Positions 18,476-28,619 are shown, counted from the first letter of the stretch. The stretch is DNA of 32,000 bases from Alkanindiges illinoisensis DSM 15370 (GCF_000619845.1 NZ_JHUX01000012.1:6396-38395); one strand, 5' to 3'. Notes: a model not told the origin generated them from the sequence alone. Program-made: numbers and translations.

Positions 18476-19834
18476 ATGACAAATCCTGAAAAGTTCTCAA
18501 AATTTGCCTCCAACAAACGGCAATACTGGCTGATTGCTGCGGTAATTGTGCTGGGCAGTATACTGGCATTTTTTATCTTGCGGCCTGCTTCTTCGACAGT
18601 TCAACACGAACAGGGTGAAACTGCTGAGCAAGGCCATGCGGAAAGTGAACATCAGCATAACGATGCACATGCAGCCGGGCATGATGAAGATCAAGATGAA
18701 AACCACGATGAAAATCATAAGACAGAAATCAGCTTAAGTCCTGCCCAGTTAGCAGCGCAACACATCACGCTGGATGTGGTAAAGACTGGCAGCATCACCG
18801 CCACCACCCGTTTACCGGCACGATTGCTGGTGAATGCCGATCAGCAGGCGCATGTGTCCGCTGGTTTTGCTGGCCGGGTAGAACAGGTTTTTGTACAAAC
18901 CGGACAACAGGTGAAGGCAGGGCAGGCGCTGGCCAGTTTGCTGGTGCCAGAGCTAATTGACCTCCAAACCAATCTGCACGTGTTGCAAGCGCAATTGCAG
19001 CTGGCCAAAAGTACCTATACGCAGGAAAAGCAGTTATGGCAGCAGGGTATTTCAGCCAAGCAGGATTATTTGCAAGCGCAAAATGCCTATACCCAAGCCA
19101 ATATTGCTGTGCAGGCTGCCCAGTCGCGCCTAAAAGCTTATGGCGCATCTACTTCCAGTCAGGGCCGTTTTACATTAAAAGCCCCGTTGAGTGGCGTGAT
19201 CAGTGCCAAAGATCTGGTGGTGGGTGAAAGCATTCAGGCCAGTGAGCAACTGTTTGTGATTGATCAGCTCAATCAGTTGTGGCTGGAATTTGTGGTGCCG
19301 GATCAGCTCATCAATGCCATTAATCCTGATGAACGCCTGACCGTGGAAGTGAATGGTAGTGGTACACTGCAAACGTATCGCGCGCGGCTCATTAGCCTTG
19401 CCCCCAGCGCCGATGTGCAAACCGGACGCATGCTGGCGCGGGCCGTGCTGGATAATCCGCAGCAACAATTGCGCCCTAACATGCAGGTGGTGGTGCAGGT
19501 GCCGCAAGCTAGCAGCAATGCAACAGGATTAATGGTTCAAACCGCTGCCATCCAGCAAATTGACCAGCAGGATGTGGTGTTTGTCGCTAGTCGTAAAATG
19601 AGTACAGATGGCAACGGTAAAGGCCAAGTGTCTAAAGATCAGGCGCATAAAGATCAGCTGCTTTTTGTGCCACGTCCGGTGCAACTGGGCCAAAAAAGCA
19701 ATGATCAGCAAAGTAATGACCAGCAATGGGTTGAAATCCGTGCTGGCCTGCAAGCCGGTGAGCAGTACGCCGCGCAAGGCAGCTTTATCCTGAAGTCCGA
19801 GCTGGAAAAAGGAGAGGCTGCGCATGAGCACTAA
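18476..19834 (+). CDS. czcB: Membrane fusion protein (HlyD/CzcB family) of the heavy-metal RND system
   Basis: N-terminal TM helix, then a His/Asp/Glu-rich tract (HAESEHQHNDAHAAGHDEDQDENHDENH). Lipoyl-like motifs GRVEQVFVQTGQQVKAGQALASL and LKAPLSGVISAKDLVVGESI. GGAGA RBS upstream. Confidence 0.92.
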   Translation: MTNPEKFSKFASNKRQYWLIAAVIVLGSILAFFILRPASSTVQHEQGETAEQGHAESEHQHNDAHAAGHDEDQDENHDENHKTEISLSPAQLAAQHITLDVVKTGSITATTRLPARLLVNADQQAHVSAGFAGRVEQVFVQTGQQVKAGQALASLLVPELIDLQTNLHVLQAQLQLAKSTYTQEKQLWQQGISAKQDYLQAQNAYTQANIAVQAAQSRLKAYGASTSSQGRFTLKAPLSGVISAKDLVVGESIQASEQLFVIDQLNQLWLEFVVPDQLINAINPDERLTVEVNGSGTLQTYRARLISLAPSADVQTGRMLARAVLDNPQQQLRPNMQVVVQVPQASSNATGLMVQTAAIQQIDQQDVVFVASRKMSTDGNGKGQVSKDQAHKDQLLFVPRPVQLGQKSNDQQSNDQQWVEIRAGLQAGEQYAAQGSFILKSELEKGEAAHEH

Positions 19835-22800
19835 TTCCCCTGACGATGGCAAAGAAAATCCAGTTCATCCTCAAATAACAGATGATGGCGTGCTTCAACA
19901 AGCCGCAGAAAATCCTGCCTCAATCATTCAGGCCAATGGCTGGTTTGACCAGTTAATTCTGGCTGCCATTCGCTTGCGTGGCTGGGTCATGCTGGCGGTG
20001 CTGGCACTGGTTGGTATCGGTATCTATAGCTACCAGCAGTTACCCATTGATGCGGTGCCGGACATTACCAATGTGCAGGTGCAGATCAATACACAAGCCG
20101 CAGGGTATACCGCACCCGAAGTGGAACAGCGCATTACTTATCCGATTGAAACAGCCATGGCGGGCTTGCCACAGCTTGAGCAAACCCGTTCGCTATCGCG
20201 TTATGGACTGTCACAGGTGACCATTATTTTTCACGAAGGCACCGATATTTACTGGGCGCGCCAGTTGATTAACCAGCGTTTACAGGAAGCACGTGGCCAG
20301 TTGCCGGATGAGGTATCACCGATTATGGCCCCGGTTTCAACGGGCTTGGGTGAAATTTACCAGTGGGCGCTTAAGGCCGATTCAAAAGCCAGAAAAGCAG
20401 ATGGCACAGCCTATAGCTTGAGTGATTTGCGCGAATTGCAGGACTGGGTGGTACGTCCGCAAATTCAACAGGTGGCAGGCGTAGCTGAGGTTAACAGTAT
20501 AGGCGGTCATGAAAAACAGTATGTGGTGGAGCCGGATTTTTATGCCTTGCAGCGTTATGGATTAAGTCTGGATGATCTGGCGCAAGCCTTACGCAATAAT
20601 AATGAAAATCGTGGTGCGGGAATTGTGGCGCAGCAGGGACAGCAACTGAGTGTTCGCGTACCGGGACAGTTAAGCAGCATTACGGATATTGGCAACGTTG
20701 CCATTGCCAAAAATCAGGACAGTACACTTGGGAGTTCAATTGTCCGGGTTGCTGATGTTGCCAGGGTGGTGGCAGGGCAGGAAATTCGTTCTGGTGCTGC
20801 CACGCTCAATGGACAGGAAACCGTACTGGGCACCGCCATGATGCTCACGGGGGCTAACAGTCGGCAAGTGGCGCAGGCTGTAGATGACAAAATCCGCCAG
20901 GTTCGGCAAAGCCTGCCCAAAGGCGTGGTGCTGGAAACTGTATATAACCGCACCACGCTGGTGGACAAGGCGATTCATACCGTCCAGAAAAACCTGATGG
21001 AAGGCGCGCTGCTGGTGATTGCTGTGCTGTTCCTGTTTCTGGGCAATATCCGCGCAGCACTGATTACCGCCTGTGTGATTCCGCTGGCCATGCTATTTAC
21101 CTTAACTGGCATGGTACAACAAGGCATTAGCGCCAACCTGATGAGTCTGGGTGCACTGGATTTTGGCATTATCATTGATGGCGCAGTGGTGATTGTTGAA
21201 AACTGCATCCGCCACCTTGCCATGGCGCAGCACCGCTTGGGCAGGTTATTGACCCGGCAGGAACGCTTCCATCAGGTGTTTCTGGCGGCACGGCAGGCAC
21301 GCCGGCCATTGATTTTTGGCCAGCTAATTATTCTGGTGGTGTATTTGCCCATTTTTGCCTTAACTGGCACTGAGGCCAAGCTGTTTCATCCCATGGCGGC
21401 CACGGTAGTGATTGCCTTAGTTGGCGCGATGATTTTATCGGTTACCTTTGTGCCTGCTGCGGTGGCACTGTTTATTACAGGGCGGGTACAGGAAAAAGAA
21501 AATCGTATCATGCAGGCAGCCAAGCAAGGGTACTTAAAATTACTTAATGCGGCCTATGCCTATCGCTATTTCACCCTCACCACAGCCGTGATGATTTTGC
21601 TGCTGACCGGTTTGCTGGCCACCCGGATTGGCAGTGAATTTGCACCCACCTTAAGTGAAGGTGATTTTGCGCTGCAAATGCTACGTGCGCCGGGAACCGA
21701 TTTACAGCAATCGGTGCAAATGCAGCAACAACTGGAAAAATCCCTGCTGCAACAGTTTCCGGAAATTGACCGGATTTTTGCCCGAACCGGAACTGCCGAA
21801 GTGGCTGCCGATCCCATGCCACCCAACATTTCTGATGGCTATATTCTCATTAAGCCGCACAGCCAGTGGCCGGATCAAAGTGAAACACTGGATGAACTTA
21901 AAAACCGGCTACAGGAAGTTGTGGAGCACCAGCTTGGCGCCAACAGTGAGTTTTCGCAGCCGATTGAACTGCGCTTTAATGAACTAATTTCCGGCATTCG
22001 TAGTGATGTCGGCATTAAGGTGTATGGTGATGATCTGGCGGTGTTAAACCAGACGGCACAACGTATTGCAGCGCGGGTTCGGCAAATTTCCGGCGCGTCA
22101 GAAGTCCAGGTGGAACAAACCAGTGGCTTGCCAGTGTTGACGGTTAATATTGATGCAAATGCCGCTGCGTCCTATGGTTTAAGCAAGCAAACTATTCAAG
22201 AGAGTGTGGCCACAGCCATTGGTGGTACAACCGTCGGCCAGATTTTGCAAGGTGACCGCCGCTTTGACTTAGTAATCCGGCAAAACCAGCAGGCGCAAAG
22301 CCCTGAGCAACTGGCCAGTTTGCCGTTACGGCTGGCTAATGGCGGCGTGATTACATTGTCACAGGTGGCACAGGTTCAAACGGTGCTGGGCATCAACCAG
22401 CTTAGCCGGGAAAATGGTAAGCGGCGTGTTATTGTCACGGCCAATGTCAGCCAGCGTGATCTGGGGTCTTTTGTCAGTGAACTGCAAACCAATCTGCAAG
22501 CGATGGAACTGCCCGCTGGTTACTGGCTGGGTTATGGCGGCCAGTTTGAAAACCTGCAATCGGCCAAACAGCGCATGCAGTGGGTGGTGCCCATGGCTTT
22601 GCTGCTGGTGTTTGCCTTGCTGATGGCAGTGTTTCATAACTGGCGTGACAGCCTGCTGGTGTTTAGTGGTGTACCGTTTGCCTTAACCGGCGGTATTGTA
22701 GCGCTATGGTGGCGTGACATTCCATTTTCCATGTCAGCCGGGGTCGGCTTTATTGCCCTGTCTGGGGTTGCTGTGCTGAATGGCTTGGTGATGCTCAGTT

Positions 22801-23108
22801 TTATTCGTGAACTGCGCCTGCACCTGGATGTGGTTGAGGCCACGTGGCAGGGTGCCATTCTGCGTCTGCGACCAGTGCTCATGACTGCATTCGTGGCGTC
22901 GCTGGGCTTTATTCCCATGGCACTGTCCAGCGGAACTGGAGCAGAAGTGCAGCGCCCATTAGCCACAGTAGTCATTGGCGGTATTATTTCCTCAACACTG
23001 CTAACCTTAATGATCTTGCCGATACTGTATCGCTGGCTGAATCGTGGATCAGGGTCAACCCCGGTTTCTACCTCTATTGGCATGCCATCTAATGCCTTGC
23101 CAGAATAA
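19824..23108 (+). CDS. czcA: Heavy-metal efflux RND pump (CzcA/CusA HME family)
   Basis: 1094 aa, 12-TM RND architecture, DFGIIIDGAVVIVEN motif in TM4. The start overlaps the czcB stop by 11 nt. About 40 extra N-terminal residues precede the usual conserved start region. Confidence 0.95.
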   Translation: MSTNSPDDGKENPVHPQITDDGVLQQAAENPASIIQANGWFDQLILAAIRLRGWVMLAVLALVGIGIYSYQQLPIDAVPDITNVQVQINTQAAGYTAPEVEQRITYPIETAMAGLPQLEQTRSLSRYGLSQVTIIFHEGTDIYWARQLINQRLQEARGQLPDEVSPIMAPVSTGLGEIYQWALKADSKARKADGTAYSLSDLRELQDWVVRPQIQQVAGVAEVNSIGGHEKQYVVEPDFYALQRYGLSLDDLAQALRNNNENRGAGIVAQQGQQLSVRVPGQLSSITDIGNVAIAKNQDSTLGSSIVRVADVARVVAGQEIRSGAATLNGQETVLGTAMMLTGANSRQVAQAVDDKIRQVRQSLPKGVVLETVYNRTTLVDKAIHTVQKNLMEGALLVIAVLFLFLGNIRAALITACVIPLAMLFTLTGMVQQGISANLMSLGALDFGIIIDGAVVIVENCIRHLAMAQHRLGRLLTRQERFHQVFLAARQARRPLIFGQLIILVVYLPIFALTGTEAKLFHPMAATVVIALVGAMILSVTFVPAAVALFITGRVQEKENRIMQAAKQGYLKLLNAAYAYRYFTLTTAVMILLLTGLLATRIGSEFAPTLSEGDFALQMLRAPGTDLQQSVQMQQQLEKSLLQQFPEIDRIFARTGTAEVAADPMPPNISDGYILIKPHSQWPDQSETLDELKNRLQEVVEHQLGANSEFSQPIELRFNELISGIRSDVGIKVYGDDLAVLNQTAQRIAARVRQISGASEVQVEQTSGLPVLTVNIDANAAASYGLSKQTIQESVATAIGGTTVGQILQGDRRFDLVIRQNQQAQSPEQLASLPLRLANGGVITLSQVAQVQTVLGINQLSRENGKRRVIVTANVSQRDLGSFVSELQTNLQAMELPAGYWLGYGGQFENLQSAKQRMQWVVPMALLLVFALLMAVFHNWRDSLLVFSGVPFALTGGIVALWWRDIPFSMSAGVGFIALSGVAVLNGLVMLSFIRELRLHLDVVEATWQGAILRLRPVLMTAFVASLGFIPMALSSGTGAEVQRPLATVVIGGIISSTLLTLMILPILYRWLNRGSGSTPVSTSIGMPSNALPE

Positions 23109-23118
23109 GGAAAATTCC

Positions 23119-24177
23119 ATGAATGACAGCAAAAAATCTCCTCATGACTCTTCTCCCCATAACCCTGTACCGCATGATCAACACAGTCATGGACATCAGC
23201 ATGGCAAAAGTCATAATCATAGCCACCACCATAACCACAATCATGACCATGCCATTTCTGGCCAAAGCCATAGCAAGCGCTTGTGGTGGGCGCTTGGGCT
23301 AACCAGCAGCTTTTTACTCATTGAAGTTATTGGCGGTTTGCTCACCCAGAGTCTGGCATTATTGTCCGATGCAGCGCACATGTTTACGGATACCGCTGCG
23401 TTGGCCATTGCCTTAGCTGCCATTCAAATTGCCAAGCGGCCTGCCGACCAAAAGCGCACCTTTGGCTATCACCGCTTTGAAATTCTGGCGGCTGCCTTTA
23501 ATGCCATTTTGCTGTTTATTGTGGCATTTTATATCGTGTATGAGGCGTGGCTACGCATTCAGCAACCCCCGGAAATCCAGTCTACAGGCATGCTGGGCAT
23601 TGCTGTAATTGGTTTGCTGATTAACCTGCTAGCCATGTATCTGCTGGTGGGTGGACAAAAAGACAGCCTGAATGTCAAAGGCGCTTATCTGGAAGTGCTG
23701 AGTGATGCGCTGGGTTCACTTGGCGTGATTGTGGGTGCCCTGATTATCATGTTTACCGGCTGGCTGTGGGTGGATTCCATGATTGCCGTGGCCATTGGTT
23801 TTTGGGTATTGCCACGTACCTGGGTATTACTGCGTGATAGCCTGAATATCTTGCTGGAAGGCGTACCTGCCAATGTCAGTCTGGATAAAATCAGTGCCGA
23901 TTTAAAACAGCTTGACGGTGTGGCTGAGGTGCATGACCTGCATGTGTGGGCACTTACCAGTGGCAAGTCCAGTTTGACGGCGCATCTGGTGGTGCCCAGT
24001 GCCGATATCCAGCAGGTACTGGAAAATGCCCGGCAACTTTTGGCCCAGCGCCATCAGTTGCATCACATTACCCTGCAATGCGAGCGCATCAGTTGTGCCA
24101 TGGCAGAATCAGATGCACACCAGTTTTTGCAGGCCAATCAATCTGCCTCACAGGCTGGACATGGAAATTCCCATTGA
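23119..24177 (+). CDS. czcD: Cation diffusion facilitator (CzcD/ZitB-type Zn/Co/Cd exporter)
   Basis: ATG 23119 has AAGGA at 23107-23111. His-rich N-terminus (HSHGHQHGKSHNHSHHHNHNHDH). CDF signature LLSDAAHMFTD in TM2, 6 TM segments and a C-terminal cytoplasmic domain. The track's 23044 start overlaps czcA. Confidence 0.93.
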   Translation: MNDSKKSPHDSSPHNPVPHDQHSHGHQHGKSHNHSHHHNHNHDHAISGQSHSKRLWWALGLTSSFLLIEVIGGLLTQSLALLSDAAHMFTDTAALAIALAAIQIAKRPADQKRTFGYHRFEILAAAFNAILLFIVAFYIVYEAWLRIQQPPEIQSTGMLGIAVIGLLINLLAMYLLVGGQKDSLNVKGAYLEVLSDALGSLGVIVGALIIMFTGWLWVDSMIAVAIGFWVLPRTWVLLRDSLNILLEGVPANVSLDKISADLKQLDGVAEVHDLHVWALTSGKSSLTAHLVVPSADIQQVLENARQLLAQRHQLHHITLQCERISCAMAESDAHQFLQANQSASQAGHGNSH

Positions 24178-24235
24178 TTCTCATGCAATATTCAGGTAAA
24201 TGCCACAGGCTGGCAGACACAAGGAATTAGACATT

Positions 24236-24299
24236 AAAAAAGCCTGTACCTTGTTTTGTCATAGAGTTTTATCGTTTGACAAAAGGTTGCAGGCTTTTT
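24236..24299. terminator. Long imperfect hairpin, probable bidirectional terminator between czcD and the first ygiW-like gene
   Basis: AAAAAGCCTGTACCTTGTTTTGTCA ... TGACAAAAGGTTGCAGGCTTTTT. AGCCTG pairs with CAGGCT, and an inner stem has one mismatch and a small bulge. An A5 run lies upstream and a T5 run downstream. Confidence 0.6.
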
Positions 24300-24328
24300 A
24301 CCTAATCCATTTTAGTGATTCAAATTTT

Positions 24329-24772
24329 TTACTGCTGTGCTGACACAGTACGTACTTCATCCACATCCAGTTCAACCTGATTGTCAGACTCGCGGTCAAT
24401 TTCACCAATCAGGATCACTTGAGCCTGCTGGGTAATGGGCTTGCCATGCCATTTCTGGTTGTCAATTTCAACAATCAGGGTGCCAGTGGCATCGCGGAAT
24501 TCATATTTGTCCTTACCCAGCGCCCGAATCACCTGTCCCTGCAAACGTACCTGCGTATCATCCTTTAGGGTTTTTGCCATAGCCACCGTACTTGGTTGAA
24601 GTGGCAGCAGCGCATTTTGGTTTACCACCTGATTCTGCTCAGGCGCAGTCACTGATGTTACAGTTTGGGTAGTATCCCGATGATTTACTGAATTCTGTGG
24701 GCTTGGCTGTGCATAGGCCATTGCTGTGATTAAATTAAGACTAAACAAACTCACCACTACCATGCGTTTCAT
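24329..24772 (-). CDS. YgiW/YdeI (BOF) family periplasmic OB-fold stress protein, paralogue 1
   Basis: Signal peptide MKRMVVVSLFSLNLITAMAYA|QP. C-terminal OB-fold pattern TVAMAKTLKDDTQVRLQGQVIRALGKDKYEFRDATGTLIVEID...W. I chose the second ATG because of the upstream GGGGA. Confidence 0.85.
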   Translation of the reverse strand: MKRMVVVSLFSLNLITAMAYAQPSPQNSVNHRDTTQTVTSVTAPEQNQVVNQNALLPLQPSTVAMAKTLKDDTQVRLQGQVIRALGKDKYEFRDATGTLIVEIDNQKWHGKPITQQAQVILIGEIDRESDNQVELDVDEVRTVSAQQ

Positions 24773-24992
24773 TTTTATCCCCATTTAAAAACCAGAAGCT
24801 CCCTATACTAGAAGCCTTTAGTTAGCAGGTCATGGCGAAAACGTAAGTTCTTGCTAAGAAATAGTAGTGTTGTGCAACCTAGGCAAGCATTCTGAATACT
24901 CTTGAAAGGACTGAAGCAATAAAGGGTTTGGCCGCAAGAAGCCAATAATTAGCCATTAAGCATGTGACAGGCTGGCTATAATTAGGCTTTAA

Positions 24993-25032
24993 TAAAAAGC
25001 GTCCAGTTAGGTCTATATGCTTTACTGGACGC
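24993..25032 (-). terminator. Rho-independent terminator of ygiW-like paralogue 2
   Basis: 9-bp stem GCGTCCAGT (24999-25007) / ACTGGACGC (25024-25032). A T-run follows on the minus strand (plus-strand AAAAA at 24994-24998). Confidence 0.7.
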
Positions 25033-25060
25033 ACCGGACCAATGATGCATCAGGAAATCT

Positions 25061-25429
25061 TTAAGGGTTAATACGGACTTCATCTACATCAACTTCAACT
25101 GTTTTCTTGGGAAAACGGTCATGATCCACTTCACCCACTAAAGTTACCTTTACACTGGAGTCTACAGGCTGTCCATTCCATTTTTCATCATCAATATCGA
25201 CTACAATAGTGCCGCTTGCATCCTTAAACTCATATTTTTCGTCACCCATGGCACGTAGAATCTGGCCATTTAACACGACCTTGCTGTCATCTTTTAAAGT
25301 TTTTGCCTGTGCAACAGTTACTGTAGCAATCTGTGTGGCTGTAAGCGCAGCCTGATTAACGGGTTGGGCATAGGTCATGCTTGTCGCTAAGCCAAGACTC
25401 ATCAAACCTGCTATTACTGCATATTTCAT
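25061..25429 (-). CDS. YgiW/YdeI (BOF) family periplasmic OB-fold stress protein, paralogue 2
   Basis: MKYAVIAGLMSLGLATSMTYA|QP, then TVAQAKTLKDDSKVVLNGQILRAMGDEKYEFKDASGTIVVDIDDEKW, clearly paralogous to 24329..24772. ATG 25429 has AGGTGA upstream. Confidence 0.88.
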   Translation of the reverse strand: MKYAVIAGLMSLGLATSMTYAQPVNQAALTATQIATVTVAQAKTLKDDSKVVLNGQILRAMGDEKYEFKDASGTIVVDIDDEKWNGQPVDSSVKVTLVGEVDHDRFPKKTVEVDVDEVRINP

Positions 25430-25553
25430 TGTTCTCACCTAATTTTTTCAATCATAGGGTTGTACTATAGGAGAAGTTTTTTAACTATTAATGAATAAAC
25501 AGTGAGTTCTTATTACTAATGCTTATCAATAGCGTATGTTGTGTTATTGCCTA

Positions 25554-26249
25554 TTAAATGACTGTACCAAACCAGCCGCCAATCAAATGGGTACACAGCA
25601 TGGCCAGCAATCCCCAGCACAGTACACGTAATGCGCCCCGGATTAGCGAAGCACCTCCGGCATAACTGGCCAGTCCACCCAGCAGTAATAAGGCAATGCA
25701 GGTCACTACAAACACAGCTTGTCTGCCCAAATCTGCCGGGCTTAATACCATGGCCAGAATGGGAAAAATCGCCCCAATGGTAAATGACGCTGCCGAAGCC
25801 AGTGCCGCCTGTACCGGACGCGCGCTATTAATTTCGGAAATGCCAATTTCATCACGAGCATGCGCATGCAGGGCATCATGCTGGCTTAATTGTCTGGCCA
25901 CTTCCAGTGCCAGCTCAGCGTGCAGGCCGCGTTCAATATAAATTTGCTTGAGTTCATTCAGCTCAAAATCAGGATTGCGCTTAAGCTCCAGCGCTTCTTT
26001 TTGCAAATCGGCTTTTTCAGTATCAGCCTGCGATTGCACGGAGACATATTCACCAGCAGCCATTGACACCGCACCTGCTACCAGCCCGGCAATTCCGGTC
26101 AGCAGCAGGGCATTGCCGTTTGTTCCACTGGCGGCTACCCCCACAATCAGGCTGGCTACTGAAATAATGCCATCATTGGCGCCAAGTACAGCCGCGCGCA
26201 ACCAGCCCATGCGGTGACTAAAATGGACTTCGTGATGATGTACTGCCAT
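25554..26249 (-). CDS. VIT1/CCC1 family Fe/Mn transporter
   Basis: WLRAAVLGANDGIISVASLIVGVA signature, a central amphipathic metal-binding region rich in E/D, and 5 TM segments. Confidence 0.88.
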   Translation of the reverse strand: MAVHHHEVHFSHRMGWLRAAVLGANDGIISVASLIVGVAASGTNGNALLLTGIAGLVAGAVSMAAGEYVSVQSQADTEKADLQKEALELKRNPDFELNELKQIYIERGLHAELALEVARQLSQHDALHAHARDEIGISEINSARPVQAALASAASFTIGAIFPILAMVLSPADLGRQAVFVVTCIALLLLGGLASYAGGASLIRGALRVLCWGLLAMLCTHLIGGWFGTVI

Positions 26250-26460
26250 AAAGACTATCCCAGCAAAAGCAGTTATTTTTATTGAGCATACGCAAGCCTT
26301 ACTGTTTTTTCGAGCTTTTCCGGCGTTGCATGATTACTTTTATGGCGTTTAAAAGACTATTACAGCAATAAATGAAGCTGTTTTAATTGAGAGCCATGTC
26401 ATCATAGGAAGGGTCTGGCTGGTTTAATATGCAGCTTTCCTGTCTAAATTTTTAAAACTG

Positions 26461-26934
26461 ATGAAGCCTATGCTGCAAATCACGGACTTGCGCCATTATC
26501 CGCAACACATTCCGCTACTGGCACAGTGGCATCATGCAGAATGGTCTTATCTGCATCCGGATTTTTCGGTGAGCCTGCTGGAGCAGGAGATGCAAAAATA
26601 TTTGCACCCCGGTTTTATACCCAGTATGTTTATCATGCTGGATCAGCAGCAACTGGTGGGATCATCTTCCATTGTTGCGCATGATCTGGCCTCGCGCCCA
26701 CAGTTAAGCCCGTGGCTGGCGAATGTGTATGTGCAGGCCAGTTATCGCGGGCAGAGCATAGGCCGACAACTGGTTCAATATGCCATGCAACAAGCTCAGT
26801 CTGCTGGGATTAAGCGGCTTTACCTGTTTACCGCAGACCAGCAGGCTTTTTATCACAGCATGGGCTGGCAGTTCTTTGACCATGAAACCATTCAAGTCAC
26901 ACAACAAACCATCATGTGCCTTGATTTAAATTAA
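26461..26934 (+). CDS. GNAT family N-acetyltransferase
   Basis: 157 aa. Motif A region VYVQASYRGQSIGRQLVQYAMQQAQSAGIKRLYLFT fits the Q/RxxGxG/A acetyl-CoA binding pattern. Confidence 0.8.
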   Translation: MKPMLQITDLRHYPQHIPLLAQWHHAEWSYLHPDFSVSLLEQEMQKYLHPGFIPSMFIMLDQQQLVGSSSIVAHDLASRPQLSPWLANVYVQASYRGQSIGRQLVQYAMQQAQSAGIKRLYLFTADQQAFYHSMGWQFFDHETIQVTQQTIMCLDLN

Positions 26935-26977
26935 CTATTTGATTTTTTTAACTGTTTAAAAATATCAAGAAAAAAGT

Positions 26978-28486
26978 CTATAGCTTGATCAGGTTGTACT
27001 TGCTGTGCCACGGCTGAGCCTGTTCCAGTTGGGCGGCCAGTGACAGCAGCACATGCTCATGGCCAAACGGGGCTACAAATTGCGAACCCAGCGGCAAGCC
27101 CTGCTTGTTCCAGTAGAGCGGTACCGACATGGCAGGTACGCCGGTAATATTGGCCAACTGGGTAAATGGCACCCAGCGCAGATTGCTTTGCACAATTTGT
27201 TCAATTAAAAATGAACCCCGCACCAGTTGATGCGCCTGTCCGGTCTTTAATACCCCTTTTAATAAGACCTGCTGCCATTTTGGCGTGGCCACTTCGCCAT
27301 TTTTAGGCGCAACACTTGCGGTAGCAGGAGTCAGGTACAAATCATATTTTTTAAAAAACTCATTGAGCTTGCGGGTGTAATCTCCCCAGTGATTCAGACA
27401 GCGCAAATATTCAGTGGCCCGGGTTCTGGCACCAAACGCAGCGGCTGCCCGGGTATCCAGCTCAAAATCATGAGAGCTGCCTTGTGCCATGCGTTTGATT
27501 TCATCCACCATCACGGCGCACTGGGCAAACCACATTACAATAAAATCACTGGCCAGTGCCATGCCATCAATGGCCGGGGCATCTTCCACCACCTCGTGGC
27601 CCAGATTGGTTAGCAGTTTTACTGTATGCGCAATAGCGTTTGTGGCATCCTTGGATACCTTGGTGCCAATTGGCGACTGGGTATTCACTGCAATTTTCAA
27701 ACGTTTTGGCGGCTGTTTGATCGCCTCCAGATAAGTGCCGGCTGGAGCCTGAATATCAAACAGGGCGCTCAAGTCTGCACCCTGGGTGGCATCCAGCATG
27801 GCAGCACTATCGCGCACTGAGCGCGTGAGCACATGCTGAATGGCAGCGCCATGCATGGCTTCACTAAACCCTGGCCCCCACGGCGTGCGACCACGGCTGG
27901 GTTTTAGCCCAAATAGCCCGCAATAGCTGGCTGGAATCCGGATCGAACCGCCACCATCGCCAGCCGCAGCCAGTGGTACAATTCCGGCAGCCACTGCCGA
28001 TGCTGAACCACCGGATGAACCACCAGAATTATGCTTTAAATGCCACGGGTTATGACAGGTTCCCCAGGCATCGGGTTCTGTAATGCCCTTAATCCCAAAT
28101 TCCGGAGTATTGGTACGGCCAAAAATGGTCACGCCGGCATTCATCCAGCGCTCTACAATTTCGGCATTAAAATCGGGAATATAATTTTTCTTTTTGAGGA
28201 CATTGGAACCATAGCTGGTGGGCACACCGCTGTATTCCTGAAACAGGTCTTTAAGCAAAAATGGCACCCCGGCAAAGGGCTGATCTAACAGTTCAACAGT
28301 CCGCGTTTTTAGCTGGCGCTGTGCCTGCTCATACATCGGAATAATCACGGCATTGAGTTTGGGATTTACCTGTTCGCAGCGCTGGATTGCGGTTTGCAGC
28401 AACTCATCCGGACGCACCTGTTTGCTTTTGACCAGATTGGCCAGTCCCAGACCGTCATACTGCATATATTCTTTGCTGGTTAACAT
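26978..28486 (-). CDS. Amidase-signature family amidase
   Basis: [14 protein letters not shown] signature with a conserved upstream K and a downstream GGSIRIPA segment. 502 aa. Confidence 0.9.
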   Translation of the reverse strand: MLTSKEYMQYDGLGLANLVKSKQVRPDELLQTAIQRCEQVNPKLNAVIIPMYEQAQRQLKTRTVELLDQPFAGVPFLLKDLFQEYSGVPTSYGSNVLKKKNYIPDFNAEIVERWMNAGVTIFGRTNTPEFGIKGITEPDAWGTCHNPWHLKHNSGGSSGGSASAVAAGIVPLAAAGDGGGSIRIPASYCGLFGLKPSRGRTPWGPGFSEAMHGAAIQHVLTRSVRDSAAMLDATQGADLSALFDIQAPAGTYLEAIKQPPKRLKIAVNTQSPIGTKVSKDATNAIAHTVKLLTNLGHEVVEDAPAIDGMALASDFIVMWFAQCAVMVDEIKRMAQGSSHDFELDTRAAAAFGARTRATEYLRCLNHWGDYTRKLNEFFKKYDLYLTPATASVAPKNGEVATPKWQQVLLKGVLKTGQAHQLVRGSFLIEQIVQSNLRWVPFTQLANITGVPAMSVPLYWNKQGLPLGSQFVAPFGHEHVLLSLAAQLEQAQPWHSKYNLIKL

Positions 28487-28619
28487 GATTAAATCCCTAT
28501 AATCCCTAAAAAAGCATCACTGTATAACCAACCATAGCAAAAACAGGTCAAAAGTCAAAGCTGGGATGTGAGGATCACACGGCTGGCATTTACTAAACTG
28601 GCATTTACCAAAATAGTCG

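Noticed and set aside
16516-23423. Numerous internal and antisense ORFs within czcI, czcC, czcB, czcA and czcD (for example 18019..18327, 18795..19148, 19175..19507, 22634..23083)
   Set aside because: All are nested in strongly supported czc reading frames, with low-complexity translations. The Gln-codon-rich czcC/czcB sequence creates long open antisense frames.
12809-25510. Recurrent ACAGTGA heptamer in intergenic regions (about 12813, 12943, 13421 and 25501)
   Set aside because: Four hits of a 7-mer in 32 kb is close to random expectation, and the flanks do not align into a longer motif.
26250-26371. Direct repeat AAAGACTAT(C/T)(C/A)CAGCAA at 26250 and 26352 between the VIT and GNAT genes
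   Set aside because: It is short (15 of 17 positions match) with only two copies, one of them simply the VIT 5'UTR or RBS region. It could be an operator, but the evidence is too thin to call.
26250-26460. Mn-responsive yybP-ykoY riboswitch upstream of the VIT-family gene
   Set aside because: Reading the minus-strand leader, I could not find the conserved four-way-junction sequence features of that riboswitch.
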